In this document: positions 1 to 7,716 of the stretch, one piece after another
Numbering within the stretch: the first letter of the stretch is position 1
Layout: the number at the start of each line of letters is the position of its first letter
Origin: Synechococcus sp.
GTDB taxonomy: Bacteria > Cyanobacteriota > Cyanobacteriia > Thermostichales > PCC-7336
DNA: 12,540 bases
Assembly (NCBI GenBank): GCA_051439425.1
Contig: JBFRWD010000128.1
Location: forward strand, 1-12,540
Direction of reading: 5' to 3'
Notes under the pieces: generated by a model
Seen by the model: only the letters and a program-made list of their open reading frames with translations
The model's database searches: none
What the model was told of the DNA's origin: nothing
Program-made: the position numbers and the translations under genes

Positions 1-62
1 TGCCAAGTTTTAATCCCTTGCCCTGATGGGGCTAGAGACCTAAAGGGCTTATTCCGTAAGGA

Positions 63-136
63 TCGGGATGACAGGATTCGAACCTGCGACCCCCTCGTCC
101 CGAACGAGGTGCGCTACCAAACTGCGCTACATCCCG
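63..136 (-). tRNA. tRNA-Pro, anticodon CGG; CCA not encoded
   Basis: The reverse complement reads CGGGATGTAGCGCAGTTTGGTAGCGCACCTCGTTCGGGACGAGGGGGTCGCAGGTTCGAATCCTGTCATCCCGA. It shows acceptor stem CGGGATG/CATCCCG, anticodon stem CCTCG/CGAGG around TTCGGGA, T-loop TTCGAAT and discriminator A. A possible -10 (TAGGAT) lies at 149-154 on the minus strand. Confidence 0.97.
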
Positions 137-261
137 AAAAGCATCTCAATCCTACACTGCCCCAGGCGCCTTCCAACGTCCGACCCTGCAAATTCATCCC
201 TACGGTTTAGAACAGTCTTAGATCGCCAGCACCCATGGGCTGGACTTGTTGTCAATGTTGA

Positions 262-279
262 GTTACATTTATTTACATA
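262..279 (+). promoter_or_regulatory. HLR1 (RpaB-binding) direct repeat upstream of the psb35-like gene
   Basis: GTTACATT-TA-TTTACATA matches (G/T)TTACA(T/A)(T/A)-N2-(G/T)TTACA(T/A)(T/A) exactly. It overlaps a candidate promoter, TGGACT(241-246)-N17-TACATT(264-269). Confidence 0.75.
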
Positions 280-321
280 AGAGATACAGAACGAAACGAC
301 GCAAGTCTTAAGGAGTTCGAT

Positions 322-549
322 ATGGCAGCACTTGCAATCCTCTTCCTCAGCGGTTTCGTGGCAGCTACCGTTATTGGCACTCAAGCGTATTTCCGAGGCG
401 AGCTGACCAAGCCCATCCACGTACGCAACTGGAAATCTGAAGGTTTCCACAACCTGGCCAAGACCTTTACCGGTAAATCTGTTAATTACCGCGATCGCGC
501 CTCTACTCCATTCGTGGAAGCAGCCTTGAATACCATTGTTGCTGACTAG
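322..549 (+). CDS. psb35: Small single-TM cyanobacterial protein, probably photosystem II assembly protein Psb35 family (75 aa)
   Basis: AGGAG RBS at 311-315. An N-terminal hydrophobic helix is followed by IGTQAYFRGELTKPIHVRNW, a motif I recall from cyanobacterial proteins annotated Psb35. A downstream terminator is present. The family name is from memory. Confidence 0.65.
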   Translation: MAALAILFLSGFVAATVIGTQAYFRGELTKPIHVRNWKSEGFHNLAKTFTGKSVNYRDRASTPFVEAALNTIVAD

Positions 550-624
550 CCGATGACCCAGAGCTAGTGTCGGCTACTCGATACTCAGTTTCTAATCCCT
601 CGTAGTTAACACAGCCTCCTCTAC

Positions 625-653
625 CCCCAGTCTTTTTCGGCTGGGGCTTTTTT
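625..653 (+). terminator. Intrinsic terminator after the psb35-like gene
   Basis: Stem CCCCAGTC(625-632)/GGCTGGGG(639-646), 6-nt loop, then C and T6. Confidence 0.8.
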
Positions 654-763
654 CTATTGTTGAAAAACCAGCATACTGAGAGCTAGAGAGTCTTCCATCA
701 TTTGAAGTTCTTCAGCGCTGTGCCAGCAGAGACCAAACATATGTTGGTTGCAGAAGCCGGAAA

Positions 764-1039
764 TTAGAAAAATGTCTTTCGATACACCTGCTGCATATTT
801 TTGAGAACTTCCGGCGAGCCCGTTCGCCGGACTTGGCGCATAGATTCCTCTACCAGTTGCCGGGCTTCAGTCCGAGTTACCGATTCAAAGACTGTGCGTT
901 CGCGGGGGCTGGGATCGATCGTTGCTCTGAAAAACAAACGCTGGGCATACAACGTGGTGAACAATCCCTGAGTGTCACCAAGGGGACAGAGGTTGAAAAG
1001 AAGACCGAAGGTGGGGTGATGGAGATAGGTCTCTCGCAT
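764..1039 (-). CDS. pipX: PII-interacting protein X (PipX), NtcA coactivator, 91 aa
   Basis: ETYLHHPTFGLLF...LFTTLYAQRLFF...EARQLVE...RQVRR is the PipX signature. The start is reassigned to ATG at 1039 (GGGAG upstream) rather than the ORF-track TTG at 1174. Confidence 0.93.
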   Translation of the reverse strand: MRETYLHHPTFGLLFNLCPLGDTQGLFTTLYAQRLFFRATIDPSPRERTVFESVTRTEARQLVEESMRQVRRTGSPEVLKNMQQVYRKTFF

Positions 1040-1186
1040 TAGAGCATCTCTCCCTTGCTGAGCCTGGTCAGTGGCATGGCCGGTGAATGATTGAGTGGGC
1101 GTTTCATGGGTAAATGTCGCACTGCCAGGTCGGTATCCGCTCAAATGCTTAGCCCCCTCAATCGTCCTCTTCAAGTTTCCCCTCCC

Positions 1187-1200
1187 GTACGGTCAAGTAC
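1187..1200. promoter_or_regulatory. Candidate NtcA-binding site in the pipX/ptps divergent intergenic region
   Basis: GTA-CGGTCAAG-TAC is an exact GTA-N8-TAC. A plus-strand TAAGTT (TAN3T) follows 21 nt downstream at 1222-1227. A second degenerate site, GTG-N8-TAC, lies at 1216-1229. Confidence 0.45.
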
Positions 1201-1473
1201 TTAGAGATTTCACTGGTGTTGTAAGTTACTCGAGGCCAAAGACAATAGTCTTTTACACTGATTGACCTTAAATATCTGACTATTTAATCATTGAATCGTG
1301 AGAATGGACAGATTGCATGACGGGAAACAAGTGATTGAAACGAAATATATCCTGTACTTAATATTTTCTTAATTTATGTGTCCTGTATTGAATCTGTCAC
1401 CCTAGCCGATGCATTGGCCAGTTTCTCGATCTGTGATTTACACTGAGGAAGATTTACAAATCTTTGTATCCAT

Positions 1474-2340
1474 ATGGATTGTGTCATTTACCGCCGCGCT
1501 CAATTTGCAGCCAGTCATCGCTACTGGCTGCCCGAGCTGAGTCCGGAAGACAATGCCGAGCAATTTGGATTGGCATCGAATTTTCCCGGCCATGGGCATA
1601 ACTACGAGTTGTATGTGGGGATGCGGGGGGATGTTGATGACTATGGCATGGTGCTTAACCTGTCGGATGTAAAGAAAGTCTTGAAGTCTCGGGTGATTGA
1701 GCCCCTGAACTTCTCGTACTTGAATCAGGCTTGGCCGGAGTTCGAGCGCACTCTACCCACGACCGAATGCATCGCACGTGCCATTTGGTTGCGGATTGCC
1801 GATGCCTTGCCGGTAGTGTCGGTGCGCGTCAATGAAGATCCAGAATTGTGGGCCGAATATAGAGGAAATGGCATGGAATCTCGACTAACTATCAAAACTC
1901 ATTTCAGTGCTGCCCACCGTCTGGCCCTGCCTGAATTGTCATTCGAAGAAAACTCACAGATTTATGGTTTGTGCGCTCGCACGAATGGTCACGGACACAA
2001 CTATTTCCTTGAAGTCACGGTTGTAGGTGACATGGATGAGCGGACAGGGATGATTGTCGACCTGGTGAAGCTACAAGAGGCGATTGATGTCCATGTAGTG
2101 AAGCCGTTTGACCATACCTTCCTTAACAAGGATGTCCCATACTTTGCCGATGTTGTTCCTACGGCTGAAAATATAGCCCTCTACATCCGTCAGTTGTTAA
2201 CAGCTCCTATTCGCGAACTAGGGATCAAGCTAGACAAAATCTTGCTGCAGGAAAGCCCCAATAACAGTGCTGAAGTATATGGGGAGGCTCCTGTTGTGCT
2301 TTCTGCCGATCGCGAATCCACCGAGGCGATCGCTGTCTAA
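1474..2340 (+). CDS. Dual-domain 6-pyruvoyl-tetrahydropterin synthase (PTPS/QueD T-fold family)
   Basis: Two tandem T-fold domains: FAASHRY...GHGHNY...PTTE and FSAAHRL...CARTNGHGHNY...DHTFLN...PTAENIA...ESPNN. Confidence 0.92.
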   Translation: MDCVIYRRAQFAASHRYWLPELSPEDNAEQFGLASNFPGHGHNYELYVGMRGDVDDYGMVLNLSDVKKVLKSRVIEPLNFSYLNQAWPEFERTLPTTECIARAIWLRIADALPVVSVRVNEDPELWAEYRGNGMESRLTIKTHFSAAHRLALPELSFEENSQIYGLCARTNGHGHNYFLEVTVVGDMDERTGMIVDLVKLQEAIDVHVVKPFDHTFLNKDVPYFADVVPTAENIALYIRQLLTAPIRELGIKLDKILLQESPNNSAEVYGEAPVVLSADRESTEAIAV

Positions 2341-2387
2341 TCATTACAAGCCAAGCCTTTCTATTGTTTGTTTAACGATGAATCTCC

Positions 2388-2418
2388 GCGGGTTGGCTGT
2401 CCAACCCGCTTATTTATT
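2388..2418 (+). terminator. Hairpin terminator between convergent ptps and purH
   Basis: Perfect 9-bp stem GCGGGTTGG(2388-2396)/CCAACCCGC(2401-2409), 4-nt loop, followed by TTATTTATT. Confidence 0.7.
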
Positions 2419-2466
2419 GGTTACGAAGTACTAATATCGCGTACCGAATTCTTGGGTCGGCTTCAA

Positions 2467-4017
2467 TTAGTGCAAGAAGTGCCGAATTCCAGTACAGACC
2501 ATGGGAATTCCCGCGGCATTGGCGGCATCTACGGACTCGCTATCCCGAATGCTTCCTCCAGGCTGAATTACAGCAGCGATTCCAGCAGCAGCAGCATTGG
2601 TAACGCTATCGCCGAATGGGAAGAACCCATCGCTGGCAAGCACAGCTCCTTGCACGGCATCTCCTGCCTGTTCCAGGGCAATCTTGGCCGCCCCAACACG
2701 GTTCATCTGACCGGCACCAATGCCCAGCGTTCGACCATCCTTCACCACAACGATCGCGTTCGACTTTACAAATTTGCATACCTTCCAAGCAAACGCTAGA
2801 TCGCTCATTTGTGTCTCTGAGGGCTGCGCCTCGGTCACCACCTGCCAAGTGTCTGGATCGGCTGGTTTTGAGTCAGCATCCTGAACCAAATATCCACCTG
2901 AGATCGCCTTCACCGTCTTCTCTGGGCCGCTTGTCAGTTCCGGCAATACCAAAACTCGCAGGTTTTTCTTACCTGCCAATATCTTTGCTGCATCGGCATC
3001 GCAGCTTGGTGCCACCACGCACTCCAAAAAGATCTCGGTCAACGCAGTAGCGGTGCTCGCATCAATCGGGCGGTTCATCGCCACAATCCCTCCGAACGCC
3101 GAGACGGGATCGCCTGCTAAAGCTGCGCGATAGGTCTCTTCCAAGTTGTCTCCCAAGGCCATACCGCAGGGATTTGTGTGCTTCAGGATGGCTACGCAAG
3201 CTTTGGGATCGGTCTCAAACTCGGCCGCGATTGCCCGAGCGGCTTCCAAATCCACTAAGTTGTTGTAGCTCAGATCCTTACCCTGCAATTTCTCTGCTGA
3301 TTGCCATCCGCCAGAGCTGGCAGCATCGCGATACCAAATCGCCTGCTGCTGAGGATTTTCGCCGTAACGCAAAGCTTGTTGGGGAACGGCTTGAATCAGT
3401 AAGGGGGCGGCTTGAGGCTCTGTGTTGCCGACGGCTTGAGTGGCCAAGTAGGTCGATATTGCGCAATCGTAGCTGAGGACGCGATCGAAGGCTGCGCGGG
3501 AGCATTGGAAACGGAAGGATTCGCTGGCACTGCCATTGGCTGAAATTTCTGCTAAGTAGCCATCGTATTGTTCGGGGCTGGTCAGGATGGTGACATGTGC
3601 GAAGTTTTTGGCCGCAGCTCGCACTAGGGTGGGGCCACCGATGTCTATTTTTTCGATTGCCTCTGGCAAGGTGACGTCGTCTCTAGCCACAGTTTGTTCA
3701 AATGGATAGAGATTGCAGGCAACCAGTTCGATGGGGGGAATATTTTCGGCGTCTAAATCAGCGCGATCGCTTTCAAGGGAAGGTCGACCGAGTATCCCGC
3801 CGTGAACGCGGGGGTGCAGCGTCTTCACCCGTCCGCCTAAGATTTCTGGTGCGCCGGTATGGGCCGACACCTTGGTAACGGGAATGCCAGCATCCATCAA
3901 TGTCTTGGCAGTTCCGCCACTACTAATAATGTCAAATCCATGAGTTTCTACCAGCGCCTTTGCCAATTCGACAATGCCGGTTTTATTGGAAACGCTGAGG
4001 AGTGCTAGCCGAGCCAT
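2467..4017 (-). CDS. purH: Bifunctional AICAR formyltransferase / IMP cyclohydrolase
   Basis: ALLSVSNKTG, SSGGTA, GGRVKTLHP, NLYPF, IDIGGPTLVRAAAKN, LRYGENPQQ, KHTNPCG, GAGQMNRV, ASDGFFPF, IQPGGSIRD and C-terminal RHFLH. Confidence 0.98.
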   Translation of the reverse strand: MARLALLSVSNKTGIVELAKALVETHGFDIISSGGTAKTLMDAGIPVTKVSAHTGAPEILGGRVKTLHPRVHGGILGRPSLESDRADLDAENIPPIELVACNLYPFEQTVARDDVTLPEAIEKIDIGGPTLVRAAAKNFAHVTILTSPEQYDGYLAEISANGSASESFRFQCSRAAFDRVLSYDCAISTYLATQAVGNTEPQAAPLLIQAVPQQALRYGENPQQQAIWYRDAASSGGWQSAEKLQGKDLSYNNLVDLEAARAIAAEFETDPKACVAILKHTNPCGMALGDNLEETYRAALAGDPVSAFGGIVAMNRPIDASTATALTEIFLECVVAPSCDADAAKILAGKKNLRVLVLPELTSGPEKTVKAISGGYLVQDADSKPADPDTWQVVTEAQPSETQMSDLAFAWKVCKFVKSNAIVVVKDGRTLGIGAGQMNRVGAAKIALEQAGDAVQGAVLASDGFFPFGDSVTNAAAAGIAAVIQPGGSIRDSESVDAANAAGIPMVCTGIRHFLH

Positions 4018-4274
4018 GGCGCCAATTGCTAAAAAGTGCCCTGCTATTGTGCTTCACGATCGCCCGTCATACAAGACTGCTGTTATGCCTCTCGTTCCCA
4101 ACAGCCATCTCAGCAGATTGGAGTAATTTCAGAAAATCAATTAAAACCATGAATTTCCCTATGGCTTTTTAACTCAATACTCATATCCGGTTCGAACATC
4201 ACTCATAGGATGTCTTCAATATCGGCAAGCCGGTACAGATTGGAACACGGCGACTTCAACAAGGATGGTGGATT

Positions 4275-5732
4275 GTGGCAATTGATTACGACATCGTGAT
4301 TATTGGTGGCGGTTCAGGTGGTCTGGTTGTCGCAAGCGCTGCAGCCCAGCTTAAAGCCAAGGTTGCGCTTGTTGAAAAGGAGCACGACCGTTTGGGGGGC
4401 GATTGTTTGTACTACGGTTGCGTTCCCAGCAAGTCTCTCATCCACGCGGGGGAAGTCGCTCATTCAGTCAAAACGGGTGACTTGGTAGAAGTCAAGACCT
4501 CCGAACCTCACATCGAATTTGCTCGCGCCACTGGTCACGTTCAGAGCGTAATCAAGACGATCGCCGTACACGACTCCACCGAACGGTTCGAGAGTTTGGG
4601 GGTTGAGGTTATCTACGGTAGTGGCAATTTTAAAGATAAGGACACTTTTGTTGTGAACGGACGGGAATTAAAGTCCCGCACGTTCGTAATTTCGACCGGG
4701 TCGCACCCTGTCGCTCCTCCCGTGCCTGGCTTAGAAGAGGCCGGTTATCTCACCAATATTGAAGTGTTTTCCTTGGCCAGCCGTCCCGATTCATTGGTGA
4801 TTGTGGGGGCTGGGCCGATTGGTTGCGAATTGGGTCAGTCGTTCTCCCGTCTGGGCTCGGATGTCACAATCCTCTCAAGTCGGGACGTGATTATGACTAA
4901 AGAAGATCCCGAGCTGGCCCAGGTGGTTCAAGATCGGATGATCAACGAAGGCATCAACATCTTGAGTCGTTCGCGCTTAGAACGGGTTGAAGTTCACAAT
5001 GGCAAGAAGATTGTCTACGCAGGTGAACATCGAATCGAAACAGACGAGATTTTGGTATCTGCGGGGCGCAAACCAAATGTCAGTGGCCTAAATTTGGAGG
5101 CAGCAGGAGTGCAAGTCGGTAAGCAGGGGATTGCAGTGAATGAACAGCTGCAAACCACCAATCCGAAGATCTATGCATGTGGCGATGTTATTGGTGGCTA
5201 TCAGTTCACTCACATGGCTGCCTACGAAGCCAGCGTTGTGATTACCAACATTTTGGCCCGCCCCTTCAGCCTGTTTCTACCCTTAAAAGCGTTCAAAGCG
5301 ACCTACTCTGTGGTTCCGTGGGCAACGTTTACCGATCCCGAGCTGGCACGAGTGGGCTTGACAGAGGATGAAGCGCGTCAGAAATATGGCGATGACATTA
5401 TCGTGGTAACCCACAAGTATGCAGATGTCGATCGCGCCTTAGCAGAAGGTGCTGGCTACGGATTTGCCAAAGTGATCTGTACTCCGAAAGGAAAAATCTT
5501 GGGAGCGCATATCGTCGGGAAATCGGCTGGCGAGTTGATTCACGAATACGTAATGGCTATTACCTGGGGGCTGGATATCAATAAAGTCAGCGGCATGATT
5601 CACGTCTATCCCACGCTGTCGGAGATTAACGCTAAGGTGGCGCTGCAAGTGAAGAAGCTCAGCTATGCCAAAAATACGGGGCTACAGAATTTCCTGAAGA
5701 AATACTTCGATTTCAGACGGTCGATCGCCTAA
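4275..5732 (+). CDS. FAD-dependent pyridine nucleotide-disulfide oxidoreductase, mercuric reductase/dihydrolipoamide dehydrogenase-like
   Basis: GGGSGG FAD motif, redox disulfide GGDCLYYGCVPSK, GAGPIGCE NAD(P) motif, IYACGD, FTDPELARVG and C-terminal HVYPTLSE. GTG start. Confidence 0.9.
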   Translation: MAIDYDIVIIGGGSGGLVVASAAAQLKAKVALVEKEHDRLGGDCLYYGCVPSKSLIHAGEVAHSVKTGDLVEVKTSEPHIEFARATGHVQSVIKTIAVHDSTERFESLGVEVIYGSGNFKDKDTFVVNGRELKSRTFVISTGSHPVAPPVPGLEEAGYLTNIEVFSLASRPDSLVIVGAGPIGCELGQSFSRLGSDVTILSSRDVIMTKEDPELAQVVQDRMINEGINILSRSRLERVEVHNGKKIVYAGEHRIETDEILVSAGRKPNVSGLNLEAAGVQVGKQGIAVNEQLQTTNPKIYACGDVIGGYQFTHMAAYEASVVITNILARPFSLFLPLKAFKATYSVVPWATFTDPELARVGLTEDEARQKYGDDIIVVTHKYADVDRALAEGAGYGFAKVICTPKGKILGAHIVGKSAGELIHEYVMAITWGLDINKVSGMIHVYPTLSEINAKVALQVKKLSYAKNTGLQNFLKKYFDFRRSIA

Positions 5733-5789
5733 GCGACTGCATAATTTGCCCAGCGAATCGACAACAGTTAGCGAATCAGTGGTGATATT

Positions 5790-6716
5790 TTGAGCGCAAA
5801 TTTAAGTGACGCTAGCGGGAGTGTCCTGGAGATTGAGCCGGTAGAGATCGGGATTGTTGGTGGGAGCGGTCTCTATCAGATGGCCGAACTGACAGACATT
5901 GAAGAGATCGACGTTTCTACTCCATTTGGCAATCCATCGGACTCTATACGCATTGGCCGCCTCGACTGTACTCCCGTTGCCTTTCTCGCCCGCCACGGTC
6001 GTACCCACAGCCTACTACCCACTGAAATTCCATTTCGGGCTAATATTTACGCCCTCAAAACTCTGGGGGTGAAGTATCTGCTTTCTGCTTCCGCTGTTGG
6101 CTCCCTGCAGCCTCACATCGCTCCGTTGGACATGATGGTGCCCCATCAGTTCATCGATCGCACCCGCCACCGCGTTGATACCTTCTTTGGTAATGGCATC
6201 GTTGCTCATATTAGTTTTGCCAATCCAGTATGCGATCGGTTGGCCCAATTGCTAGCCACTGCTGCTCGTTCCGTGTCTCCTGCCGACATTACCGTCCACG
6301 ATCGCGGCACGTATGTATGCATAGAAGGTCCTGCCTTCTCAACCTTGGCAGAATCGCTGCTGTATAAAAGCTGGAATGCTGACATTGTTGGAATGACCAA
6401 TTTGACCGAAGCCAAGTTAGCCCGAGAAGCCGAAATTGCTTACGCATCATTGGCCCTGGTGACTGACTACGATTGCTGGCAAACCGACCGTGAACCTGTC
6501 TCCGTTGAGATGGTGATTGGCAATCTACGCAAGAATGCGACCAATGCCCAGACGGTATTGCAGGACGTTGTTAGGCGACTGGCCGCTGAACCTCTCGTAT
6601 CTGATGCTCACTCTGCCTTGAAATTCTCAATTTTGACCGACCTCTCAAAAGTCAATCCAGAGCGGTTGAATGAGCTGAAAGCTATCTTGAGTAAATACAA
6701 CAGCAATCCGCTGTAA
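5790..6716 (+). CDS. mtnP: S-methyl-5'-thioadenosine phosphorylase
   Basis: [65 protein letters not shown] and LVTDYDCW. The exact start is uncertain (TTG at 5790). The last five codons lie within repeat R1. Confidence 0.95.
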   Translation: MSANLSDASGSVLEIEPVEIGIVGGSGLYQMAELTDIEEIDVSTPFGNPSDSIRIGRLDCTPVAFLARHGRTHSLLPTEIPFRANIYALKTLGVKYLLSASAVGSLQPHIAPLDMMVPHQFIDRTRHRVDTFFGNGIVAHISFANPVCDRLAQLLATAARSVSPADITVHDRGTYVCIEGPAFSTLAESLLYKSWNADIVGMTNLTEAKLAREAEIAYASLALVTDYDCWQTDREPVSVEMVIGNLRKNATNAQTVLQDVVRRLAAEPLVSDAHSALKFSILTDLSKVNPERLNELKAILSKYNSNPL

Positions 6717-6805
6717 GGTCTGAAGGGGCAAGACCGCGAAAATACTTGATTTTCAAGGAAAAGTAGTCAGGGAAGTCTCCATAACGGATTGCCGATCGCT
6801 ATATT
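6702..6805. repeat. Repeat R1: 104-nt internally palindromic element, direct-repeat partner of R2
   Basis: AGCAATCCGCTGTAAGGTCTGAAGGGG...TCAAGGAAAAG...CTCCATAACGGATTGCCGATCGCTATATT aligns ungapped to 7717-7820 at 79/104 (hand count). It has GCAATCCG/CGGATTGC inverted arms and a GCTATA end. Confidence 0.9.
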
Positions 6806-6851
6806 TATCGGTTTAACCCAAAAGCTCATACGAACGCGAGCCTCGGAAAAA

Positions 6852-7589
6852 TTAGCGCAAGATGGAACGCAATACGGCTCGGCTGGCAATTCTGGCCCGA
6901 TCGCGATAGTCCTGCGCGGAGATACCCAGTAAAGGCAACACTGGGTTGAGATGCAGTTCCACGAATGCCGGACGTATGCGATCGCGCATGTAGCGAAACG
7001 TTTCGAGCAGCAGGGTTCTGAGTTCGCGTCTTTCCTCCTGGTTGCCCGTTTGGAAACGCTGGCGCAAATAGCGTGTAGCAAAGGCCACGTGACCTTTTTC
7101 CTGCAGCAGCATTTTTCGGAACGTATGTCCGAGTTCCCCTGAGAAGCCACTCTGTAGCTCAAGTAAAAAGACTGCGGACGCCTCCACTACTAGCGAGCCG
7201 ATAGTCAATTCGACATAGCTATTGCAGGTGCGCACTTTCTCAACAATACCGATCGCCCAATCGGGAGCTGCAGGTATCTGGGAATGGCCTGAAAGTCCTT
7301 TCACCAGCGAGCGAAACACATCTGCGTGCCACTGTTCGTCATGATGGTGGGTTTCTGCGGAGAATCGCTGTAACTGGCGATCGGGAGCCATGTCGGCCAG
7401 GCGATCGGAGAGTTCGGTCGCCGCCATCTCGCCGTAGTAGAACCCCGTCCACAAGTGAATGAATTCAGGGTGCTGCTGCGGGTCAAAAGCCCTGTCGAAC
7501 TGTTTCTGGCTCGAATGCAAGGGAATCGCTTGAGGCGATGCCATTGAGCCTGATGCTATTGAGCTAACTGCATGTGAGGTTGCAACCAT
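6852..7589 (-). CDS. Ferritin-like diiron-carboxylate protein, distantly resembling cyanobacterial aldehyde-deformylating oxygenase
   Basis: Four-helix diiron ligand pattern: GEMAA ... DEQWH ... VVEAS ... QEKGH. Start uncertain (TTG 7625, ATG 7589 or ATG 7544). Candidate promoter TGGACG-N16-TATGAT at 7664-7637 on the minus strand. Confidence 0.75.
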   Translation of the reverse strand: MVATSHAVSSIASGSMASPQAIPLHSSQKQFDRAFDPQQHPEFIHLWTGFYYGEMAATELSDRLADMAPDRQLQRFSAETHHHDEQWHADVFRSLVKGLSGHSQIPAAPDWAIGIVEKVRTCNSYVELTIGSLVVEASAVFLLELQSGFSGELGHTFRKMLLQEKGHVAFATRYLRQRFQTGNQEERRELRTLLLETFRYMRDRIRPAFVELHLNPVLPLLGISAQDYRDRARIASRAVLRSILR

Positions 7590-7716
7590 AAGCCGAATCT
7601 TTACCGCTCGCTTTGGAGGAAACAACGCTGATTTAGATCATACCTAGCTTAATCGCTGCGTCCATGCAGCCAACAGACTGGTTTTCTTTGGGCACGCAAT
7701 ATCAACGCAAGACTAT

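Noticed and set aside
68..280. 70-aa ORF beginning MTGFEPAT
   Set aside because: It is the antisense reading of tRNA-Pro, a classic spurious ORF.
127..450. 107-aa Cys-rich minus-strand ORF
   Set aside because: Antisense to the psb35-like gene and its promoter and runs into the tRNA; no recognisable family.
1040..1174. 45-aa N-terminal extension of PipX
   Set aside because: PipX similarity starts at MRETY, where there is an ATG with an RBS-like sequence. The extension starts at TTG and looks like open 5' UTR.
2368..3505. Several 75-144 aa ORFs overlapping purH
   Set aside because: Antisense or out-of-frame shadows of a well-conserved gene, with no independent motifs.
4018..4274. Possible LexA/Fur-like boxes or a riboswitch between purH and the reductase
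   Set aside because: Only partial matches with wrong spacing, and no structure I can support by eye.
6767..7486. Alternative ORFs in the cassette (6767-7162, 6951-7142, 7301-7486) as a possible recombinase or toxin-antitoxin partner
   Set aside because: They overlap the diiron gene and show no recombinase, transposase or toxin motifs.
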